In this document: piece by piece, positions 1 to 10,785 of the stretch
How the letters are laid out: every line of letters begins with the position of its first letter
How positions within the stretch are numbered: position 1 is the first letter of the stretch
Source: an uncultured bacterium
GTDB lineage: Bacteria > Gemmatimonadota > Gemmatimonadetes > Gemmatimonadales > Gemmatimonadaceae
Length of the DNA stretch: 39,521 nucleotides
Direction: 5' to 3'
Assembly: GCA_963978095.1 (NCBI GenBank)
Contig: CAXBQP010000030.1
Span: forward strand, 1 to 39,521
Position numbers and translations under genes: made by a program
The notes under the pieces: model-generated
The model's database searches: none
What the model saw: the letters and a program-made list of their open reading frames with translations, nothing else
Told to the model about the DNA's origin: nothing

Positions 1-5
1 TTTTT

Positions 6-71
6 CAAGCAGAAGACGGCATACGAGATAAGGCCACGTGACTGGAGTTCAGACGTGTGCTCTTCCGATCT
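6..71 (+). other. Illumina P7 adapter + index + read-2 primer site (sequencing artefact)
   Basis: Exact CAAGCAGAAGACGGCATACGAGAT-[AAGGCCAC]-GTGACTGGAGTTCAGACGTGTGCTCTTCCGATCT; index reads GTGGCC(TT) on the opposite strand. Confidence 0.99.
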
Positions 72-1561
72 AACTGCCACCAGAGATCGTCGGAGTACGC
101 GACGTTCTTGTACGCGAAGAAGCCGAGCCACCCGCTGACGATGAGCACGGTCGCCGTCATCAACAGCCACTGCGTCGACAGCACCTCAGCCGTGAATGCC
201 GCCCGACGATAAAAGTGCCGACGCGCCGGAATCAGCGTCACGAGGATCAGCGCGAGCGCCGCCGCTTCCTCGTAGTCCCATCCCTTGAGGAGCGAGGCGA
301 GCATGCCGATCGGCAGTGCGATGACGGTCAGGTAATACGCCGCATCCAGACGCCGTCCGAGTCCATACGCCAGCACGAGCAGCGCCGCCCCCGTGAGGCT
401 CGCCACGAAATGCGAGGATTCGATGACCGCGAGCGGAACGAACTCGCCGATGAACCGCAGGCGCAACCGCAGCTCCGGTGTTGCGCCCGAAAAGAGGAGC
501 ACCACGCCCCCGATGAACGTCGTCAGCGAGAACAGCGCCGGCGCGGCGACCGGCACCCACCCGCCCGTGACACGCACCAGCTTGGCAAGCTGCGATTTGC
601 CGCGCGACACTTCGTCCGCCGCGAGCAGGAGCAACGCCAACCCGAGCGGCAGCAGATAGTAGATGATGCGGAAGATGATCACCGCGCTCAACAGCGCCGT
701 CGGCTCCACATAACGGCCCAGCAGCGCGATGAACGTGATCTCGAACACACCGAGTCCGCCGGGTACATGACTCACGAGCGCCGCCACCTGCGCGAGCGTG
801 AAGGCGCCAAGCACCAGACCGAAGGTGAGTGAATCGGGAGGCAACGGAATGACCGACCAAAGCACCGCCGCCACGAGCGCCCAATCCACGACGGCGACCA
901 CCACCTGGAGCAGGGCCATGCGCGTCGTGGGCGGGGAGAACTCCCAGCCGAGGAGCCGAATGGGTTTGCGGTAGAACATGCAGGCGAGCACGTAGGTTGC
1001 GACCACCGCGATCAGCAGTGCCCCCACCGGCCGCAGCGCCACCAGCGGAACACCGAGCAGGGTCGTGTCGCCACCGGGAGCGAACAGGAGTGCGCCTCCA
1101 CCGACGGCGAGCACACCGATCCAGAACGTGACCGAGTTGAAGGCGATCGTCAGCGCGATGTCGGCGGTGGAAAGTCCGGCCGCGTTGTACAATCGATATC
1201 GCAGCCCACCGCCCAGCAGCACGGGAAAGCCGAGCGCGTTGGAGAAGGAGAAGGCAATGAACGAGATGAATGCCGCACGGGGGGTCGGCAGGTCGCTCTT
1301 GATGTACCGGAGCGCCAGAATGTCGTACGAGATCAGGACCACGTACGCGCCGATCGCGAAGAGCACCGCGCGGATCACGAAGATCGGATCCAGATAGTGC
1401 ACCGCCGCGCGCACTTGCCGCACATTGTATGTCGCGAACTCGGCGCGTAACGCATACAACGCCACGCCGAGGATCGTGGCGCCGATCGCGATACCGATCC
1501 ATCGCCCCCATTGCTGGATGCGCGTGGTGAGGGGCTCGCTCTCGATGGTCAGTGGGCTCAT
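72..1561 (-). CDS. mprF: Bifunctional lysylphosphatidylglycerol flippase/synthetase MprF, 3'-truncated (membrane portion only)
   Basis: About 14 hydrophobic segments with MprF-like motifs (GGGLRYRLY, SHVPGGLGVFE, FRIIYYLLP, LFSGATP, SHFVASLTG, SLLKGWDYEEA, YKNVAYSDDLWWQ). The ORF tail DRKSTRLNSSH... is translated adapter, and the synthase domain lies beyond the contig end. Confidence 0.9.
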
Positions 1562-1623
1562 TCGCGCGACGTGGGGACAGAGGTTCTGCGCAGTGTGATT
1601 CCTACGGCTCGATTCCCGCTGGA

Positions 1624-4600
1624 CTACTGCTCGTCAACGATCAGCACGAGTCCTTTCTTTCCGGGCACCGTGATCACCGCGCCGGCGAGCCAGCTGCCTC
1701 CATCCTGGAAATTCGCGATCGCCGGTGCACGGAACCGCGCCCGCGCCGGATCGATGCCGAGTTTCTGCCAGTCGACGGTGAGGGTGACCTTCGTGTCGGC
1801 CTCGTGCCAGGAGCCCAACGCGATCATCGCGCGGTGCGGCTTGGTCCACGTGGTCGCGAGCACCTCCGCGTCACTCGTGCGCACCGGATCGGCGCCCGAC
1901 CACCAGCCGTTGAGGGTGCTTGATTGCACCCCAAAGCTGTCCCAGAGCTTCCAGATCGGACTCGGATCCCCGCTCCACGGCAGACGTGCGGTCATCCCCA
2001 TGGTGAGCCCGCGCCACGGGTTGCCACCGTCCTGCAGCATCTCTCCCATGAGGCCAAACGGGATGCCGGAGATCTCCACGAGCCAATAGTCGGGCTTGGA
2101 GTTGTAATCGAAGTACTCCCCGAACCAGAGGCGATTGATGAACGGGAAATGTTCGAGATACAGATTCGCGCTGGACGAGAATCCATCGTTCTTGTTGTAC
2201 TGGTTGGCGGAGTGCAGATCGATCAGCGCGCCGTCGTTTCCGCGGTCGAGGACTTTTCGCACCCGCTTCATCGTGAGTCGGTCGAAGGCGACATCGTCGA
2301 GATACAGGCCGTCGATCTTCTCGTTCGTCACCAGCCAGTTGAGCCCTTCGATGTAGAAGTTGTGCCAGCGGCTCACGCCGCTGTTCACGATCGCGGCGTC
2401 CTTGATGGCGGGCACATGCCACGCCGCGATGTAGTCGTCGCCGATGTGCTCCTGAAGCCAGGAGTAGCCGCCCCCCGGGCCATGGCTGAGCACTTCATCG
2501 CCGAGTGAGCGGAGGGCAAAGATCTCGGGCGAGTGATTGGTCAGCTCGCGAACCGTGTAGTAGATCTTGGTCTTCATTCCCTTGGCGTGCGACGAGTCGA
2601 TGTAGGCGCGCATCCCCGCCGTCTCGATGAAGGGATAGTTGATCCACGGGTTCACTCGGTTCGCGTGATGCACGTTCATGGTGTTCGCGCCGCGCGCCGC
2701 CGCCGAGTCCACCGGAACGAAGGCGTGGAAATAGCGCGTGGCCCACTGCCCCTTGGTGTCGAGGGTCTTGAAGGGGGTGATCATCAACCGGAAATCGAAA
2801 CGAAGCGAGTCCCCCGCCGCGATGGTGTGCACGCCGCTGTAGCAGTTGACGAGCACGCGCTCGCCGCGCTGCGTGATGTCGCAGCCCCCCTTGCCTTCAT
2901 TGGCCCACGAGCGCGGGGCGATGAGCGGCTTGCTCAGATAGAAGTTGGTGTTGAGCGGACGGACGTAGTGCTCGTCCTTGAGGGTGAACTGCACACCGGC
3001 GTTCACATCGCCGATCCAGGCGGCATCCTGGTTCTTCTTGGCGACGTCCCACGTCCAGTGGAAGTCGGCGGGGCGTACGCCGCCCTTCTGTCCGAGTCCC
3101 ATCATGTACGTGGCGGCCGCCGCGTTGATGGGGAGTTCGAAGCTCACGTTCTTGAGGGTGGTGCTCTTGCTCGCCTTCACCGCGACAGTGTATTCGGCGG
3201 TGCCGTCAAACTCGAGTTGTCCTGTGGTGTGCATGGAGAGCGCACCGGAAGTCCTGCGCGCTTCCCAGGCAACCGCCCCCTGCGCCCGCTTGGTGATGGT
3301 GGGCGCGGCGCCGGTCCAGGCAAGGTCTTTCCCGTCGGCGTCGGTCAGGTGCAGCCGTACCGGGGCGGCCAGGATCTCGCGGCTCGTGGTGCCGATGCTC
3401 GCGTTGTTCGGCGAGAAGAACGACTTGATGCTGGTGGGGAAGCCGTCGTTGCCGAAAGTGAAGCTGCGTCCCAACAGCGAGATCGTGGTGCCGGCGACCT
3501 TGAGTGCGGTGTAGGGCTTGACGATGCTGTCATCAGCCGCGCGCTGGGAGTTGAGCCAGCGGAGACGGGTGAGGTCGGCGGGCTTGTCGTCGCCGTGGTT
3601 GACGGCGGCCTCCTTGCTCACGCGCAGCGTGATGCTCATGTCACGGGAGACCCCGCCCTTGGAGATGAGCGTGATCTTCCCTTCGTAGTCGCCCGGCGCG
3701 GCGTTGGTCGGGATGTCGGCGCCGAACCAGAGGGCTTGGATTTTCCCCTTGTCCACATGGAGCGGCTTGCTGAACCGCCTGCCAGACCAGTCGGTGCCCT
3801 CGAAGTTGATCGAGCTGATCGCGCTGGCGGGAATGGCGCCGGATCCGCCCTTCTGCTTGAAGGCGGTGGCCCTGTAGCGGAGCGAATCCACCGCGTCCTT
3901 GTGGGCCCAGACGCCGAGCTGCCAGCTGTAGAACTCGCCACGCTGCGCGGATCCCGTGAAGGACTGGAAGGCACCGCGACGCGCCCACGTCCCCGGGATA
4001 TCATCCATCATCCGGATGGAGTTCTTCCGATCCTCGGCGAAGGCGAGCCACGCGGACGTCGGTTCCTTCGCAATCAGCGCGATCCGCTCCGCATCCGTCG
4101 CGATGTATTCCATCTCGGTGAACTTGCTGAAATCGTTGATGGCCTCAAACGCGACGAACTGCGCCTGCGGCATCGCAGCCGAAACGCGAGGCGTGCCACT
4201 CAACCCGTTGCGAGCAAGCCAGTGCGAATCGGCCGTCGCCTCGACGGCGCGATAGGTGATCTTGGGATAGTTCGATTTGAAAGTCCCGGTGTACGGCAAG
4301 TAATAGACGTGATACGTCCCGGCACGCGGAGCCTGGAAGACGATCGCGCCGGAATCACGCGTGATCCTGATCCGCGCCACGTTCAGGATCCGGCGCCCGG
4401 ACGACTCCTCGGTGACGATCACATTCACCGATTCCGGCGTCTTGTCACGTCGCCGCCATTCCACGCGCGCCACGACGGCATCGCTCGCGCGTTCCACGAG
4501 AACGGTCGCCCGATGATTCCCCAGCGAGTCCGCCTCCCAACTTCCAACGCCGCCCGCTGCCGACGTGACGGTGCGAGGCGAACTGGTTGTCGCGGGAACG

Positions 4601-7512
4601 GGCGCCGCATTGCGCCGCTTCACGATCGTCGAGAGCGAATCCTCCCACCGCTCATCCAGATCCGCATCATAGGGCTTCCCCGCTCCCAATCGTTCCGGCC
4701 AGAGCCGGGCGTCGGCAATGAACGTCTCCGCTGCCTCCCACTGCTGCCGATCGATCGCCTGCTCGGCCAACCGCAACTTCGCCTCGCGGTACATCCCGCG
4801 CTCGTCACGCGCTCCTTCGTGCGGAAGCACCTCAAGCGTGCCGAGCAGTGCGTCGGCCTCCGCGTACTGCCGCGCCGCCAGATACGCCTTCGCCAGCGTC
4901 CCACCGATCAGATAGTTCGCCGGGAACTTCGCGTTGTACTCCCGCCCCCATTCCACCGCCGTCGGCACATCACCGTTCGCGAGCGCCATCTCGCTGAGCA
5001 GTTTGCCGTATCGCCACTCCTTCGGGTCGAGCTTCGCCGCCCGCTCGAGATCCGCGCGAGCCAAATGCCCCGCTCGCCACGGGAAGCTCGCGCGCGCCGC
5101 ATAGAAGGGCGCATAGTCCGGCGTATCGCCAACTGCCTTGAACAACGAATCCGCGCTCGCCATCCGCCCGAGCGACCAGTACGTCAACGCCAGATAGTAC
5201 TTGGGCTTCCAGCTCTGTGACCCCTTCACCGCCTTCTGAAAGGCGGGGATCACCTCGGGGCGGAACGGAAAGAGGAACGCCGGCGACTGCGCATCCGCAC
5301 GCTGGAGCAACGCCGCCGCGTCCGCGGCCGGCGCCAGCGCCGCACGCAGGGTCAGAGCCCCGGGATGATCGCCCAGCGCCTCGAGCACCTGCTGCGCGGT
5401 CGCGACATCGCCGACATCCACATACCACCCTGCGAGCTCGATCAGCACCTGATCCGGAAGCTCCGCGCGCACGCCAGCGAGCAACTTGGTTCCGAATGCC
5501 GCATCCCGCGACGCGAGCAGTCGCTCCGCGCGTGCCTGATGGCTCAGCGGATCCGCACCGTCGAGGCGCGCGAGATACGACGTTCGCGCCGAGGAATCAC
5601 CAAGCTGTCGCGCGACCACGATTGCCACACCGAGCGCATCAAGATTGGCCGCATCATCCGTGAGCGCTTTCTGCGCATAGGCCAATGCGCCTCGTGCATT
5701 CCCCTGCGCGAGCGTCATCTTGGCCAGTTCGGTCCATGCTGCCCCGCGAAACTCGGCGGAGAGCACCGCAATCTCGAAACCATCCTTGGCGTCGGTCAGT
5801 CGCCCAAGGCGGCGATTGGCGATCCCGTAGTAGTAGTTGGCGGCGGCGTCATACGAATCCACGGCGAGCGCCGTCATCGCGAACTTCCGCGCCGCCGCGT
5901 AGTCCGCGCTGCGCACCGCCAGCATCGCGCGGTCGCCGAGCGCGGGGACATAGTTGGGGTCCTTGAGCAGCGCGCTGTCGAGGGCGATCCGCGCCGACTC
6001 ATACTCCCGCTGCCGGATCCATTCCTTGCCGCGCATCCATTGCCCGTAGGCCGAACTCCAGTCGAATGTGGCCGGGATGTCGAGCGGGCGAGCGAGATCG
6101 TTCACCTTCTGATCCACGGCGTAGCTGAGCAGATCGCCTCCCAGGGTGATCGTCACACTGTCGCGCGGAGCGCCGCCGAGGGAGATGGTATCGCTCCAGA
6201 GTGCGAGCGGTGCGCGCTGCACGAGGCGCGCGGCCACGCGTCGCCCGGCGGCCGTCACGACCAGCGAGTCGTTCACCGGTATGACCGGCGAGAGCGTGAG
6301 CACAAGCCGATCACCCGTTCCTGTCACATTCAACGCGCCCACGCGACTCGCCGCCACGAACCCCTTCGTGCCGACTACCGGGTACCAGTACTCGGTCCAA
6401 CGATCCGCCGTATGTGGAGTGAACCCCCGATGCTTGAAAGGGGTGTAGGTGCTCCCCTCCGCACTCTGGTTGAACAACCGCCCCGACTGCACCTCCGAGT
6501 ACTGTCCGTTGGTGTCGGTGAGCAGGTCGGTCCAGATCATCCCCTGCCGCGAGAGCCCCCAGATCCAGATCTTCTTGCCGGCCTTCTCGTCGCGCGCGCC
6601 GTAGCGGACCATCCCGTAGTCGTCATGGTGCCAGTAGGCGCCCACGAAATCCGTTTCGCGGCCGAACACATGGTATGACTTATAGCCGCCAAAGTTGTTG
6701 TTGTCGTACCAGCTGAGGTCGCGCCCGCTGGCGTCAATCGGCCACGGGCCATGCTCACCGGCATGACCGAGATACGAGGTTCCCGGATAGATGTATTGCA
6801 ACTTCCCATCGACTTTGATCCCGGCATTCATCCAGGAGTAGTACGGCTGCTCGACGCTCGACGCATTGTACCAGAACGAGGTCGTGCTGAATGCCGCATC
6901 ATCCTTCCCCAAGCGGATCTCCAAGCGCCACGGGGTGCGCGTCAGCAGATCCAGGGCGCCGATCGTGCAGCTCACGCTCCCGTCGGCGTGCTCCTGGGTC
7001 ACATAGTCCACCGGCGTGGCCACGTTCGGTGTGTGCCCGATGATCCCGTAGTTCGCCTCGATCCCGCCGCTCGTCCACGGCCCGCGCATCGCGATATCGC
7101 GGAACTTCACCGTCTCATTGAAATAAATGAACGACTTTCCCGTCTTCTTTTCGACGGCGTTCCAGATCTTCCCTCCGATCTCCGGCAGGATCCAGACCTT
7201 GATGTAGGCGTTCTCGAGTTCCACGACCTTCCACGACTTTTCGACCGACCGTGCGGAGAAACCGTCGAAGCGGAAGTACGGATAGATGCGCCCGACCACC
7301 GGAATGGGGTTCGGGTCGCCGAACGGATATGTCGGAAAGATCCGCTGGAACTCCCGCACGGTGGCGCGGGAAGCCGCGCCTGATGCGGCGGGAGCGGTCG
7401 CTCCCTGTATCGGCGCGGCGGAGAGCGGCGCCTGTGCCAGTGGTGCCGTGATGAGCATGGCGCTGATCAGCAGCGTTCTGATCAGTGGGCGACCCAGCGA
7501 AGGTGCGGTCAT
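1624..7512 (-). CDS. Giant secreted fusion protein (~1962 aa): DUF5107-like N-terminal domain + TPR array + DUF6067/GH123-like putative glycoside hydrolase module
   Basis: Single open frame with a signal-peptide-like N-terminus from ATG 7512 (MTAPSLGRPLIRTLLISAMLITAPLAQA). DUF5107-type motifs (IYPYFRFDG, LENAYIKVWILPEIGGKIW, GPWTSGGIE, GKKIWIWG), then Ala-rich TPR-like helices and a P/T/S linker at ~4550-4615, then WEADSLGNHRA...RLRWLNS...NPWINYPF...KIYYTVREL...DGLYLDD...LWFGEYFDY. Families recognised from memory. Confidence 0.75.
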   Translation of the reverse strand: MTAPSLGRPLIRTLLISAMLITAPLAQAPLSAAPIQGATAPAASGAASRATVREFQRIFPTYPFGDPNPIPVVGRIYPYFRFDGFSARSVEKSWKVVELENAYIKVWILPEIGGKIWNAVEKKTGKSFIYFNETVKFRDIAMRGPWTSGGIEANYGIIGHTPNVATPVDYVTQEHADGSVSCTIGALDLLTRTPWRLEIRLGKDDAAFSTTSFWYNASSVEQPYYSWMNAGIKVDGKLQYIYPGTSYLGHAGEHGPWPIDASGRDLSWYDNNNFGGYKSYHVFGRETDFVGAYWHHDDYGMVRYGARDEKAGKKIWIWGLSRQGMIWTDLLTDTNGQYSEVQSGRLFNQSAEGSTYTPFKHRGFTPHTADRWTEYWYPVVGTKGFVAASRVGALNVTGTGDRLVLTLSPVIPVNDSLVVTAAGRRVAARLVQRAPLALWSDTISLGGAPRDSVTITLGGDLLSYAVDQKVNDLARPLDIPATFDWSSAYGQWMRGKEWIRQREYESARIALDSALLKDPNYVPALGDRAMLAVRSADYAAARKFAMTALAVDSYDAAANYYYGIANRRLGRLTDAKDGFEIAVLSAEFRGAAWTELAKMTLAQGNARGALAYAQKALTDDAANLDALGVAIVVARQLGDSSARTSYLARLDGADPLSHQARAERLLASRDAAFGTKLLAGVRAELPDQVLIELAGWYVDVGDVATAQQVLEALGDHPGALTLRAALAPAADAAALLQRADAQSPAFLFPFRPEVIPAFQKAVKGSQSWKPKYYLALTYWSLGRMASADSLFKAVGDTPDYAPFYAARASFPWRAGHLARADLERAAKLDPKEWRYGKLLSEMALANGDVPTAVEWGREYNAKFPANYLIGGTLAKAYLAARQYAEADALLGTLEVLPHEGARDERGMYREAKLRLAEQAIDRQQWEAAETFIADARLWPERLGAGKPYDADLDERWEDSLSTIVKRRNAAPVPATTSSPRTVTSAAGGVGSWEADSLGNHRATVLVERASDAVVARVEWRRRDKTPESVNVIVTEESSGRRILNVARIRITRDSGAIVFQAPRAGTYHVYYLPYTGTFKSNYPKITYRAVEATADSHWLARNGLSGTPRVSAAMPQAQFVAFEAINDFSKFTEMEYIATDAERIALIAKEPTSAWLAFAEDRKNSIRMMDDIPGTWARRGAFQSFTGSAQRGEFYSWQLGVWAHKDAVDSLRYRATAFKQKGGSGAIPASAISSINFEGTDWSGRRFSKPLHVDKGKIQALWFGADIPTNAAPGDYEGKITLISKGGVSRDMSITLRVSKEAAVNHGDDKPADLTRLRWLNSQRAADDSIVKPYTALKVAGTTISLLGRSFTFGNDGFPTSIKSFFSPNNASIGTTSREILAAPVRLHLTDADGKDLAWTGAAPTITKRAQGAVAWEARRTSGALSMHTTGQLEFDGTAEYTVAVKASKSTTLKNVSFELPINAAAATYMMGLGQKGGVRPADFHWTWDVAKKNQDAAWIGDVNAGVQFTLKDEHYVRPLNTNFYLSKPLIAPRSWANEGKGGCDITQRGERVLVNCYSGVHTIAAGDSLRFDFRLMITPFKTLDTKGQWATRYFHAFVPVDSAAARGANTMNVHHANRVNPWINYPFIETAGMRAYIDSSHAKGMKTKIYYTVRELTNHSPEIFALRSLGDEVLSHGPGGGYSWLQEHIGDDYIAAWHVPAIKDAAIVNSGVSRWHNFYIEGLNWLVTNEKIDGLYLDDVAFDRLTMKRVRKVLDRGNDGALIDLHSANQYNKNDGFSSSANLYLEHFPFINRLWFGEYFDYNSKPDYWLVEISGIPFGLMGEMLQDGGNPWRGLTMGMTARLPWSGDPSPIWKLWDSFGVQSSTLNGWWSGADPVRTSDAEVLATTWTKPHRAMIALGSWHEADTKVTLTVDWQKLGIDPARARFRAPAIANFQDGGSWLAGAVITVPGKKGLVLIVDEQ

Positions 7513-7607
7513 AAGGCGGTCCAGAGCGTTGAGCGGGGGTGCGACTGGCACTTCTGGGGTGTTCGCTACGTTAAAGCGAAACATCAACTCCCGCTACATT
7601 TCCTGCT

Positions 7608-7727
7608 GTGACCCAACGCCGATTCCGCCGCGCCGCCCTTGCCGGGAGCGCCGCTTTTCTCTTCTTCCTCGCGAAAGGTCTCGCGTGGGTCGGCGTGGTC
7701 GCCCTCACGTGGTGGCGGGCGCGGTAG
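7608..7727 (+). CDS. 39-aa single-pass membrane microprotein (FLFFLAKGLAW motif), below the ORF-track cutoff
   Basis: GTG 7608 to TAG 7727 = MTQRRFRRAALAGSAAFLFFLAKGLAWVGVVALTWWRAR, with a basic N-terminus and hydrophobic helix. TACATT (7595-7600) lies 7 nt upstream, as for other genes here. Confidence 0.65.
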   Translation: MTQRRFRRAALAGSAAFLFFLAKGLAWVGVVALTWWRAR

Positions 7728-7792
7728 TGCCGGAGACGAGCGCGCCCCGTGTGATCCTTGACGACATCGGCGCGACCGCAGCGGAGGGTTAA

Positions 7793-8404
7793 CGAGCCGT
7801 ATTGACCTCCGCCGGAGGTCTGAGTGCCGAGGATCGCCTCATCAGCTCGCTGCAACATGGATCGGTTGCCGCACTGACATTGCCGACTCCCGACGAAGGC
7901 CCTCCACTTCATGCGGATCAGGAGCTGGCCCAGCGTGCTGCGAAGCTGTTGCAACAGCTCCTACGGCGTGATGCGAAGATTCGAGTGAGTGGAAAGACTA
8001 TCGACCTGACCCCGGACCTCATCGGGATGTGTGCAACACACCGCGTGATGAACGGTGCACTGGCGCTCGCGCTTCCGAGCAATCTGCAGGGGAGGATCGT
8101 TGTGGATACTCCCGAAAGGTGGCAGGGGCTGGAACGGCCAGTAATGATTATCGTCCACCCGCTCTCAGGTGTTATGCGGCCGAGCAGCTTCGACCTAGAG
8201 ACCGGACGGCTATGCGTGATGGCGTCACGACACTTGGCCGGCGCGGTGATCCTTTCGCGGGATCACATAACCGAGACGCTTTCCAGCACGATTCCTTCCG
8301 CGACTCAGCCAGTTGGTCGACGCGACGTCAGTGGGCGCGGGCTGTTCGACAACCTGGCATTCTGGAACACGATGGAGGATAACGGGCGAGTGCTGCGAGG
8401 ATAG
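7793..8404 (+). pseudogene. C-terminal fragment of a superfamily-1 (Upf1/DNA2-like) helicase
   Basis: Motif V-like VDTPERWQGLE and motif VI-like ETGRLCVMASRH are present, but Walker A/B are absent. In-frame TAA at 7790-7792 immediately upstream, only a TTG start, and visibly more A/T than neighbouring genes. Confidence 0.65.
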
Positions 8405-8430
8405 CCGCTAGGGTACACGGCGATCCCGCG

Positions 8431-10746
<2,316 letters not shown>

Positions 10747-10785
10747 ATCGGGGTTCGGAAGAGACGGAAGCAGCAAGAATGGGCG

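Noticed and set aside
5..1561. MprF apparently lacking its synthase domain (split MprF)
   Set aside because: The stop lies within adapter sequence; the truncation is a contig-end artefact
2533..5220. 895-aa plus-strand ORF and the other long antisense or alternate-frame ORFs (e.g. 28721-30835, 30433-32787, 24935-26506, 9373-10743)
   Set aside because: Shadow ORFs of real genes in high-GC DNA; Arg/Gly/His-rich translations with no motifs
7286..7792. 168-aa ORF in frame with the helicase fragment as its missing N-terminus
   Set aside because: Overlaps the giant gene antisense and the microprotein, and has no Walker motifs
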